Origin: Okamejei kenojei | Lineage: Eukaryota | DNA length: 64,000 bases | Direction of reading: 5' to 3' | Assembly: GCA_035221665.1 (NCBI GenBank) | Contig: CM069131.1 | Span: 158,472,001-158,536,000, forward strand | In this document: positions 12,385 to 22,158 of the stretch, one piece after another | Layout: every line of letters begins with the position of its first letter | Position numbering within the stretch: position 1 is the first letter of the stretch | The notes under the pieces: generated by a model | Told to the model about the DNA's origin: nothing | Seen by the model: the letters and a program-made list of their open reading frames with translations, nothing else | Databases searched by the model: none | Translations under genes and position numbers: made by a program

Positions 12385-13200
12385 CAGGGCGTAAGGCATG
12401 CTTGTCTTCATCATCTGGCATTGAGTATATGAGGTGGCATGTCATGCTGCAATTATAGAAATTGTTGGTTGACCACATTTGGAGCATTATGTGTGGTTCT
12501 AGTTATGAGACCATCGGAATGACACCGTTAAACTAGAGAACGTGAAGATTCTAAAGCGTCTTGCCTGGACTGGAGTGCTTGAGTTATAAGGTGATGTTGG
12601 ATAGACTGAGCCAAAGAAGGCTGGAGAGAGGTAACCTTCTAATGGCCTATAAAACCATGAGGGGCAATAGCTACCCATAAAGTATACAGTCACAGCCTTT
12701 TTTTCCCCAGAAGTTTAAGACTGGAGAGCATAGGTTTAATATGGGAGAGGAAAGATTTCAAGTGGATCTGATATGCACATTTTCACACAGTACATGCAAG
12801 ATAGTGGGTGCATGGAATGAGCTGCCAGAGTTTTAGTTTAGTTTATTGTCACGTATACTGGTGTACAGTAAAAGGCTTTTGTTGCAAGCTATCTAGTCTG
12901 CCGAAAGACAATACATAATTACAATCGAACCATTTACAGTATATAGATCGATGATTAGGGAATGCTTTAGTTCAGGTAAAGCCAGCAAAGTCCTATCAAG
13001 GATAATCTGAAGGTCACCAAAGAGGTAGAGATTAGTTCAGCACTGTTCTCTGGTTGGTAGAAATAGGTATAGTTATAATCTTTAAAAAGCATTTAGACAG
13101 GTATAGGGGTAAGACAGATTTAGAGAGATAAGGCAGGCAAATAGGATCATTTTAGATAGGAATCTTGGTCAGCATGGATGAGTTGGGTCGAAGGGTCTGA
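12385..13200 (+). mobile_element. Old CR1 3' fragment with a nested Rex-type tail (~12830-13060, minus strand)
   Basis: Decayed LV.PHLE..V.F coding and CR1 3' UTR. Confidence 0.75.
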
Positions 13201-13881
13201 TTATGTAAACAAATCTGGGATGTCACTGCACCTGCTTATACTGTATGCGCTATTTGGAGCAACAGTATACTCCAATATAAGCAATCAGCATCGATTTAAA
13301 AACCATGGAGTAATTGTATAAAACTGAGTTTAAAGTAAATGGCTCGATCCTTCTTAAATATGCAGCAGATATCCACATCAATGCTGAGATCGCAGATAAA
13401 TTATTTATTTTATATTACTTTATGCTCATTGATGTTTACTATAGTGTTGATGAATGAAACAAGTATTCCTAGAATAGATACAGTACAGATCAGGTAGACT
13501 TCACACCAAATGCACAGTAAAGTTCACTCTACTCACCTTCAGCCTTAGCTGTTCTGGTCCTTTCAAGTTCAATTTGAAAATGGAGTATGTTTTTTGTGAT
13601 AAACGTTAAGCAACCAATAAATATTCCCCAGGACAGGAATAGAGAATCCTTGACCCCAATTTATAGTCTGGAGAGAAAGGCTCATTTCATCTAACAGAGA
13701 ATGGAGATTTGCCCATCAGTCACGGCCCAGATATAAGCGATGACAATTAAATCATTCAGCAGAGTCTGACTAGGAACCAGTAAAGTGTGAGAGCTACTTA
13801 CATGTAGATGCTTACATGTTAAATGTACAAAATCATTCTTAAATCTGATTGGAATTCACTTCTTGGAATAATCCTAGTCCT

Positions 13882-14020
13882 TCTTCTTCTTGCGTATGGC
13901 GTGCACAGCCTAAAGTTGTAGGACAACTTGTTCTATTTGATCTTATTTGATTGTGCACGCCAGGTTGATTGCATTTGTCGAAACAGGGCGGACCACGTTA
14001 AGGTTGCAATCTTCCACCCC
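13882..14020 (-). mobile_element. ~140-bp SINE-like retro-element: HDV-like ribozyme head, hairpin and (AAG)n tail
   Basis: 11-bp TSD ATCCTAGTCCT at 13871-13881 and 14021-14031; AAGAAGAAG tail; second copy at 48819-48887. Confidence 0.9.
13967..14020 (-). ncRNA. Minimal HDV-like self-cleaving ribozyme motif (54 nt)
   Basis: P1 GGGGUGG/CCGCCCU with G1-U wobble; J1/2 AA; P2 GAUUGCA/UGCAAUC; P3 ACC/GGU; L3 UUAACGU; G; P4 U-UUCG-A; J4/2 CAAA. Confidence 0.8.
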
Positions 14021-14758
14021 ATCCTAGTCCTAAATATCTTCTTAGCCAATTTTATGTCCCTGCACCTATTTTGTTGTTTCATACAAAACATGGCCACAAG
14101 AGGTCAGGTTTTCCCATTTGAAAAATGAAAGTCGACACATGGTTAAAAACGTCAGATGTTAAATCTTCCATTAAAACACTCTCAAATTCCCTAGATATTT
14201 TTTGAATGAATTCAGATCAACCTGACCCAAAGTTGTTTCAGTTATATTTCTTTATCAGTTCCGTGATGTTTAAAATGGCCTTGAATTCCAAAACCATCCT
14301 TTTATCCATATAGAAGTTTACAAACAGGCTAGCTCTTGGCTCAAAAAGTATTGCGTTTATGAACATGGTTTCAAACATTTTCTTTCAATGTCACAATACT
14401 TTAAATTAGGTGGATTGTTTGTATTCTGTATTGTTTTCTGCAATTGTTTAACTCACTCGCGTTGTGTTATCAACATCAGCTTGTTCTTTGAATCGACCAT
14501 CACAGATATTTGACCACTTATTTATGGTATGATATCATCATAATTCCGTTACTAATTCCATGTTTTTTTTTCTTCCCACTTCTCTGACCATAACTTCCAC
14601 TGCACTAGGGCTGCTTGGAGAGTTGGCATCAACATAAACATTGTTTGTTCGGATCACTCTTAAATCAGTTATAACCTCAGTACCAAAATGCTTTATCCAT
14701 GAGAAAAATCATTAGCATGATCATGTAAATAATTATCCACATTTGGAGATCTATTATT

Positions 14759-15908
14759 TAACTAGACCAAGTGTGGACCCGTTGGCTCCCGTTCCCCCAA
14801 TGCAATATTTCACCAATGTGCATCTGCGGCCTGACGGGTTCCCGTTGTGAAACCAGAGATCCCTGTTGTGACACGAGTCACGGCAACCGTCCCCCAACTG
14901 CGAAGGCGCGGCCGGCAAGTGGAAGTGTGACTGCAACGTTTTTAAAGTTTAAAATGGCAATAACTTGTAAAATATAAGATCAATGTGAACGCACCTCACT
15001 CTCCCTCTTCAGTCCCCTATTCCCCTCCTCCATTATCCTCCCTTTCCCCACCCTCCACCAACCCTTCTCTGCTTCCTCCGCTCACCGCCTCCCTCCTCTC
15101 CCCTCCTCCTCCCCTTCTCCAATACCTCGCCATCCCTCTTCCTACCACTATCCTCCTCCATTCCCCCTCATCCCCCAGCACTTCCTCCCCATCCTCACTC
15201 TTCTTTCCCCTGCTCCTCCCCTCCCCACTCCCTCCCTCACTCTCTCTCCCTCTCCTTTCCCCTACCCTCAGTCACTCCCTCCCTCCCTCCCATCCCTCTC
15301 CCATCTGTACCCCCATCCTCTCCCTCTATCCCCTCCTCTCCCTCTATCCCCCTCCTCCCCCACTGCTCACATCCCCCCTATCCCACCCCCCCACTCCCTC
15401 GCCTCCACCACTGCCCTCCTCTCCTTCTATCCCCCACTCCCTACCTCTCCCACTCCCTCCCTCCTCTCCCACTATCCACTCTCCTCACCTCCCCCTTTCC
15501 CCTCCCTCTCCTTCCCTCTCCCTCCCTACCCTCTCCTCTCCCTCAAGCCCCCTACTCGCCCCCCTCACCTCCCTAGGATCTCAATGTAAACTACCATTGG
15601 CCCCGTTTTCTCTACCACTGCCTCATCACTGGCACCATTGTCAATTGTGACATGGCTGACAGGCCTCCCCCAAATGCACAGTCATGGCGGGCATGTGAGG
15701 GCACTGTATCAAGTTGTTTAAGTTTTAAATATCAATAACTTCTAAAATATAACATCAATCTGAACAAAACTTGTTTCATTTACATCGCAGGACAATGGTG
15801 AGTAAGATGCGCCAAAAATTGTAGCGCTATCATGTACAATTTTTGCGGAGTTTTGGGAACACACACATATACAAACGAACAAACAAGATGAGAGTTTTAG
15901 TAATATAC
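14759..15908 (+). mobile_element. Non-autonomous Helitron/Helentron (DINE/HINE)-like element with a C/T-rich core
   Basis: Starts ACTAGACCAAGTG..GACCCGTTGG; ends with (ACAA)-like microsatellite then AGTTTTAGTAATATA; same termini as 61813-63446; no TSD seen; class is inferred. Confidence 0.55.
14995..15575. repeat. Polypyrimidine/polypurine low-complexity tract
   Basis: Almost only C and T on the + strand over ~580 bp. Confidence 0.95.
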
Positions 15909-15957
15909 TAGACCAAGTGCACTTGGTCTAGTATATTACTAAAACTTTAATCTTGTT
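15882..15957. repeat. 76-bp palindrome with a perfect 54-bp core (15893-15946)
   Basis: AGTTTTAGTAATATACTAGACCAAGTG|CACTTGGTCTAGTATATTACTAAAACT. Confidence 0.95.
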
Positions 15958-15964
15958 GGGTCGC

Positions 15965-16610
15965 ATCACATTGGGTCTGCTCCCCCAATGCTCTCATTCC
16001 CTACCCGTAGTCCCCGTGGCAGGTGTAGTCCTCCAACTCAAGCCGTTCCCGAATGTTAGATTCCAGCACTCCCCTGACTCCCTCAGCAGTGGGCTTAAAT
16101 AAAAATTCCAATTGCACTGGCCCTGCATGTTGCAATAGCAATTCGCCCTCACCCTCCTGTGTGGTGAAAAGTTCAGAGTGTTCATGTGTCGCAACATTGT
16201 ATTGAAGTGTGTTGGAAGCTGGCAGGAATGATTTTAACAGTAAAAATCTTGTGAAAGTTGGCATTTTTAAAGCTTTCATCGCGAATAACGTGAACTTAAT
16301 CAGTAATATTGATGAATAAAGCATAAAATGTTCAGTGAATGTGCTCTCTGCCTAGAGGGGAAAAATGTGAATCAGAATATGTAAATATCTTGTGAAAGTT
16401 GAAATTTTTGAAGCTTTAATCACGAATAACGTGAAATATAGCATGAAATCTTCAGTGAAGCTGATCACTGCTAGCTGAGCCATTGTGACATCATCAATTG
16501 AAGCTGGTCATTTTAAATTTAAAGTCTTTTGATTTTTTTAAACTTTAATCAGTAATAAGTTGAGAATGTCGAGAAATAAAGCATAAAATGTTCATATGAT
16601 AGATAGATAT
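15965..16610 (+). mobile_element. Second Helitron-like unit of a related family with internal direct repeats
   Basis: TTGGGTCTGCTCCCCCAATGC resembles the head at 14780; ATCTTGTGAAAGTTG..CGAATAACGTGAA repeated at ~16245 and ~16387; ends GATAGATAGAT. Confidence 0.4.
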
Positions 16611-18534
16611 TGAGAGTGATGGCCAGTTCCTGAATAGCTTACCGTAAACAGTGGCATACCAAGAGCCTCTTCAAATAACTAGCTTAAACTTTTATGGAAG
16701 CAACAATATATTATCCAAGCTGAACACTTTATTTCAATCCGTACAGAGATTTATAATCTTGATTATGTTATTTTTTTAATGATTAAGAAACCCATTTCTC
16801 GCCTGGGTACTCTGCTCTTTTTTACTTCTTGTGATATGGATAAGATCAGGAAAGGCAATTGGAGATGCAATTGGATTTTCCAATATAATATCATTTTGTA
16901 TGTTCATTTTCACAGTCATTCTGTAAGATGTTTGCACTAGAATTTCTGCATTTAATTCAGATTCACAAGTAACAATGGTGTAAATTCAACACACATCATG
17001 TATCTTAAGTCATAACCTCAGGCATAAAGTTCAAAATCAACATTTGAAGGTCGGACATTAATTGACTTAGGGATTGATCTACTTTTGATGTAGCACGTTT
17101 ATATGAAATTTATATTTGTATTTCTAGAATGGATTATTCTCACTTAGGTGTGGATCAGTTTGGAATAAATGTCTAGATTGGAATAAATTTCAATTTTCCA
17201 CAAATTCGCCCTAAATAATCCAATTGAATTGGTCTGAGACTAGTTTAGGTTCAAACAGGTCATGTTTTCTGCTTCAAACAGCCCAGTTATATTAATTTAA
17301 TACACAATTGTTTTTAACCTATCAGGTAGCATATCGCCTATTTATATCACAATGTCCTATCCCATCCGTTTGTTTTGTTCTTTCTTTTGCTCTCTATCAA
17401 GCAGCTACAGTAATTTATCAATGCCGCATTGTTAGGATCAGCTGTGGTATTCTGACCATTCTCCATACCATCATTCCCCCCCACCCCCAGCCATTAGACT
17501 CAATATTAAATCACAGACATGCAATGTGAGAAAACTGTCACTGATCATGGTAAAAATAGTTATTTCTTGTAAAATAATTTGGCATTAAACTAAATGACCA
17601 CTTCACAGTTCAAATCCAAAAAGTTATGCTCATGTTGATGATACATAGCGTGAAGATCAACTGTGCTCTGCCTCACATTGGCAGTTTGGAAAACACTGGA
17701 ATGTTGTCTAAAGGACGTGATAGTAAACAGCTGGAAAAAATTGACAGAGCACAGTCGAGTATAAAAGGAAATTTGTTTTTCTGGTGCAGTTCATTGAGGA
17801 TGTATCTGGATGAGTAGATGAGACAGAACCAATGGAGGTGTTGTACTTGGATTTAATGAGGTACCACACAGGAGATTGGTGAAAACAGACAGAATATTTG
17901 GAATTGGGGTATTATATTAGAATGGATTGGGTGTTGGTTAACAGATAGAAATAAGTGGGTCCTTTTTGGGTTGGCAGGCTATGAGTTGAGGAGTACCACA
18001 TGGATTAGTGATGTGTCCCAATTATTCACAATTTTTATCAATGATTTGGCCGAGGAGTTGTGCAGCAGCAAGTAAGAATTTAATTGTTCTATCTGGGACA
18101 TATGACAATAAAACACTCTTGACTCTTGACCAAATGTAACATTTCCAAGTTTGCTACAGTCAAGAGATTAGGAGTGGTGATGAGGATGCAGACACATCTG
18201 TGGAATATAGACAAACCAGCTCAGTGGGGAACAGCTGCCACAGAAGTTCAATCGGTAGAAGAGAGAGGCTATCCATGCTTGTAGAAGACACGAGAAGACT
18301 GATTATATTTAAATGGTGGCAGATTGATTGTTGATGTTAAAAGAGATCTGCTTGTATTTGAGCACATGTTACTGACAGCTAATATGCAAGTGAAGCAGGC
18401 AATTAGGAAGATAAAAGACTTGTAAGTGGATTTGATCCCCAGAGTGGGGGATGTTTCCCTACAATTATATAGGGCCTTAATGAGACCATGTATGGAATAT
18501 AGTGTGCACTTTGTGTCCTGTTGGTGTACTTAAT

Positions 18535-18900
18535 CATAATAATAATAATAATACACTTTATTATCATTGTAAATACATATAACAAAATTTCAGGCGCACT
18601 GCCGGAGCGGAGCTCCAACGTATCAGATAAATAATAATGACAATGGAAACAACAAAAACAGCAAGAAAAATGTCAAGTTAAGTCAGAATGTGCAAAATTG
18701 TGGCAGTACAAAATATTGGCTATGGGGGGGGGTGTGTTCAGTGCAGAGTTCAGAGTGGTGATGGCCTTGGGGTAGAAACTGTTTGTTAATCTTGTGGTGT
18801 GTGATTTGATGGACCTGTAACGCTTTCCTGAGGGCAGAAGGGCAACCAAGTGATGTGCGGGATGAGATGAGTCCTTTAGTATGCATGATGTCCTCAAGTT
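18535..18900 (-). mobile_element. Rex1/Babar 3' end with (TAT)n tail
   Basis: ILKDSSHPAHHLVALLPSGKRYRSIKSHTTRLTNSFYPKAI. Confidence 0.85.
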
Positions 18901-18919
18901 AAAAACCTGTTAGATGAAC

Positions 18920-19300
18920 AAGATGTGGCCGCAATGGCTGCCACAGTGTACTGCTCCTTGCTGTTTTGTCTGTGTTTGTTCATTTGTGTCATCTATGGAA
19001 ACTCATTAACACTTGACATTCGGTTCCTTGAAACATTGTTCCGGATTTCTCTCACTCGCTAGATTATTTGGATATATTTGTCGGGGGGGCTGTGGTTTTG
19101 CCCAAGACCGCGAGACTTAGGAGGACCCGGGGGAAGCGCTCTAGAGCACACGTCTGACTCCGGCAACGAGGATTTTTCACACTGTTCCCGAGTATATTCT
19201 TGGAAATCTATGTATCTCAACAACAAAGTGGATGAACTGCAAACAAAACACCATCAAATTCCTTGTATGTATGTATACTTGGTCAATAAAAGTATTCAGA
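18920..19300 (+). mobile_element. Internally deleted Rex1/Babar derivative (5' UTR, start of EN, 3' tail)
   Basis: Head shared with 24962-25268; decayed LFPSIFLGN..LNNKVDEL then AAATTCCTTGTATG..TACTTGGTCAATAAA. Confidence 0.65.
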
Positions 19301-19734
19301 TTTTGGTTTCCTCACCTAAGAAAGTATAGACTACCTATAGAGGAAGTGCAGTGAATATTCATCCGACAGGTTTGCAACATGAGGACAGATTGAGTACACC
19401 AACAGGACACAAAATACTGGAGTAACTCAGCAGGTCAGGGATCATCTTTGGAGAAAATGCATAGGTGACGTTCTGGGTCGAGATTCCTCTCCTTGCCTCT
19501 CAGTTCATCACGCAAGCCTATGCAATACGATTATGCCTCCTGCAAATGTTTGTTATCAGCTTAGAACTCTGTTGGGAGAACACTTCCCCGGTTAAAAGCC
19601 ATCAATTCTACTTTAGGATCAAGAGAAAGATTGCTGGTTAATGAACGACAATCTGTGATCACTGATTTAATAATAACTATATTGCCTTAAGCAAAACCCT
19701 TTTAGATTTAGGTTTAGGTTTATTATTGTTACTT

Positions 19735-20025
19735 TAGTTTAGTTAAATTTGGTTTAGAGATACAGTGTGGATACAGGCCTTTCGACCCACCGAGTCCATG
19801 TCAATCATCAATCATCCATACACTAATTTTATCTTACCCACTTGGGATCATTTACAAAAGCATAAAAGCCAATTAACTTACAAACCTGCATGTCTTTGGA
19901 ATATGGGGGGGAATTGGAGCACCCGGAGACAACCCGCGCTGTCACAGGGAGAACGCATAAACTCCATACAGCCATCAGCTGTCGTCGGGATCGAACCCCG
20001 GTCTCTGAAATGTATCACTGCGCCA
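19735..20025 (-). mobile_element. V-SINE (HE1-like) nested in a Rex-type 3' fragment (~19705-20360)
   Basis: Minus strand GACCGGGGTTCGATCCCGAC B-box, V-domain and (CTAAA)n tail. Confidence 0.8.
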
Positions 20026-20559
20026 CTGTTTACGTGTAGTTTTGAATGCTATCCAAACAGATCAGATATGTAGACATGAATACAAACTCAAGTACAATAG
20101 ATGGAGCAAATGGAAAGATACAGAGTGCAGAATATAGTTCTCACCATTGTGGTACATTGTAACTTATCAATTCCATAGACAAAGTCCAATGTTCACAATT
20201 AGATGAAAATGACATTGCCCTAGCTTATGAAAGTACGGTTCAGAAGCCGAATAACAGAGGGAAATATGCTTTTTCTGAGTTTGGTGATGGCGCAATCAAG
20301 CTTCTCTACTTTTTGCCAGATGGGAGCAGGAAGAAGAGGGAATGGCCCGGGTGGGAGAAGTTTTTTAGCAACAAATTCATTTTTGCGGAGTAGTTACAAT
20401 CTGAACCTGTTCCATTCTGCGTTTGGAAAGAGTTAAATGTTCAGTGTTTGTCAACAGCGAGGCTCCAGTTTGGAATGCGCATTGGAAGCAGTCTCTTCTG
20501 GTTCGGTTCCACAAATGCAATAAATTAACCACTACCATTCGAAGTAGGGATTCATTCAA

Positions 20560-21321
20560 ATTGCTAAACAAGCGGCCGGTCAGCGGGGAGCTGCCTTACC
20601 GATAAAATGAGCAGGGCAACAAAACGTAGTTCAAAGCAAAACACTGGGCTTTAAAAATAATATGTGGTTTCATTTGTATTGTTGCAGACAGGGAGGCGGT
20701 TGCATCTAAAATTAAACAAGGCTATGAAAACAATGCTCCTTCCAATTTACCAGTAACAGATTGGATAAGTGATGTTAGCCAAGTGCAAACAGATCTTACT
20801 TTCCACTGTGGAGAATGTGATATGCAGAATTAAGGACGGGGGAAATTTGAAAGGAATCGAAAACGACACGTTCGTTTAAAATGCAGAAATACACGCATCC
20901 ATACCTGCAAACAGAACTCACGCGTAGAAAGACTGACACTCGTAAACTAACACAATCACATCCATCATTCGTTACACACGCACTCCCATCCAAGTTCCTC
21001 CCCTCGCCTCTCACTTGCGCGCCCGACCCCGTGCAATATATTGGGTTTTTTTTAGTTTATCTAAACTAAATAACAGCCGCCGTCGGCTGAGCCAAAAATC
21101 TTTCAGTATTGACAAATGCCATCTCAGCGCCAGTGTCCTTAACCCTGCCGCGGAGTCAATTGCAGTAAAGGCGAAATGAAGCAAGGCAGCTACACCTCCC
21201 GGTCGAACACTCTCTGATGAAATTCTCCAAACCTTTGGAAAGAAAGTTCGCAGAGTGATTGTGTTCTGGTAATTCTGCCGGGGAATCTTTGGACCGTGTC
21301 AGGCCAGTGACTGCGGAGAAG
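20560..21321 (+). promoter_or_regulatory. Candidate promoter and 5' UTR of the CCBE1-family gene
   Basis: Repeat-free stretch with visibly retained CpGs directly upstream of the ATG; TSS cannot be placed. Confidence 0.5.
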
Positions 21322-21428
21322 ATGTATTACACAAGCATTGAGAATTTGCTGAGGGCTGCCTTATTGTTTTGTCTGATGTCGTCAGGATTTCCTTACTCTT
21401 ACTTTTCTATATCAGAGCAAGATGAAAG
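21322..21428 (+). CDS. CCBE1: CCBE1-family gene, coding exon 1 (signal peptide MYYTSIENLLRAALLFCLMSSGFPYSYFSISEQDE-R)
   Basis: GAGAAGATGT start context (A at -3); hydrophobic core; phase-2 donor AAG|GTACAG (alternative CAG|GTTTGT at 21435) joins exon 2 in frame; ortholog vs paralog unresolved. Confidence 0.8.
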
Positions 21429-21679
21429 GTACAGGTTTGTCATTAATATTTCATTTCTCATTCTCCCACCCCACGCCACCAACATCACTACTTCCAATAG
21501 CAATGTCAATTATATTACAAGGTTTTGGGGGACATCTGCCCTCCCAAATTCACGATTAATTAAATTTGGGAAGTTATTAAAGGCGCTTCCAAGTCCAAGG
21601 GAAGGCACGGATATTTGGTTCTGTAAATCATTTTATTTGCCACCTGAAACACGACGTTTTTTTTTAAATCTTCAAGCAG

Positions 21680-21760
21680 AGAGACATGCCCGGAAACCAA
21701 AGTAATCACAACCGAGTATCCATGTCGGAAGGGCAATGGAGAATTGGCGACCTGTTTCAG
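21680..21760 (+). CDS. CCBE1: CCBE1-family gene, coding exon 2 (R-ETCPETKVITTEYPCRKGNGELATCF-R)
   Basis: T-rich acceptor ..TTCAAGCAG|, donor CAG|GTAAGC, 81 nt, phase 2-2; aligns without gaps to human CCBE1 [28 protein letters not shown] as recalled from memory; not in the ORF track. Confidence 0.9.
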
Positions 21761-22004
21761 GTAAGCACCTTCAATCGGTCCCTTTCTTGAAATGCTACTT
21801 CCCTGCCTTGCGATTACAATTGTTTATCCGATTGGTATGTTTTATCTTCGACTATGTTGCTTCTGAGTCAATGCCTCTGATCGCTATCCGATTTAAAGTT
21901 AGGGGGCAAATGACAAGAGTTCCATTCCTAATTAACAATATGCGAACAAAAAGTCGTTAAAAAGGTCACCATGTGTGGGAAGGAACCTGGAGATGTGGTA
22001 TGCG

Positions 22005-22158
22005 CCGAAGATAAACGCAAAATTCTGGAGTAACTCAGCGGGACCGGCAACAGCTCTGCAGATTCAGTCTGAAGAAGGGTCTCGACACGAAACGTCACCC
22101 ATTCCTTCTCTCCAGAGATGCTGCCTGTCGTGTTACTCCAGCATTTTGTGTCTATCTT
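22005..22158 (+). mobile_element. Penelope-derived inverted terminal repeat pair with minimal hammerhead motif
   Basis: CTGAAGA (22069-22075) A GGGTCTCGACAC GAAA CGTC; flanks are reverse complements of each other. Confidence 0.7.

Larger units (their letters stand above)
17790..19400 (+). mobile_element. Old CR1 RT region with nested insertions at ~18535-19300
   Basis: Decayed EDV..EPMEVLYLDF..VPHRRL, GVP.G, SKFA coding; resumes at ~19300 (TTTTGGTTTCCTCACCTAAG). Confidence 0.75.

Noticed and set aside
14455-14700. Coding-looking minus-strand stretch (WIKHFGTEV..) ending at GTGAGT
   Set aside because: Internal stops and no recognisable family
14985-15650. 221-aa Pro/Ser/Leu-rich ORF
   Set aside because: Translation of a C/T low-complexity tract inside a repeat; no ATG start or splice support
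21259-21705. 148-aa single-exon ORF, first suspected to be a neuromedin S-like precursor (SSGFP)
   Set aside because: Reads through intron 1; the spliced CCBE1-family model fits far better
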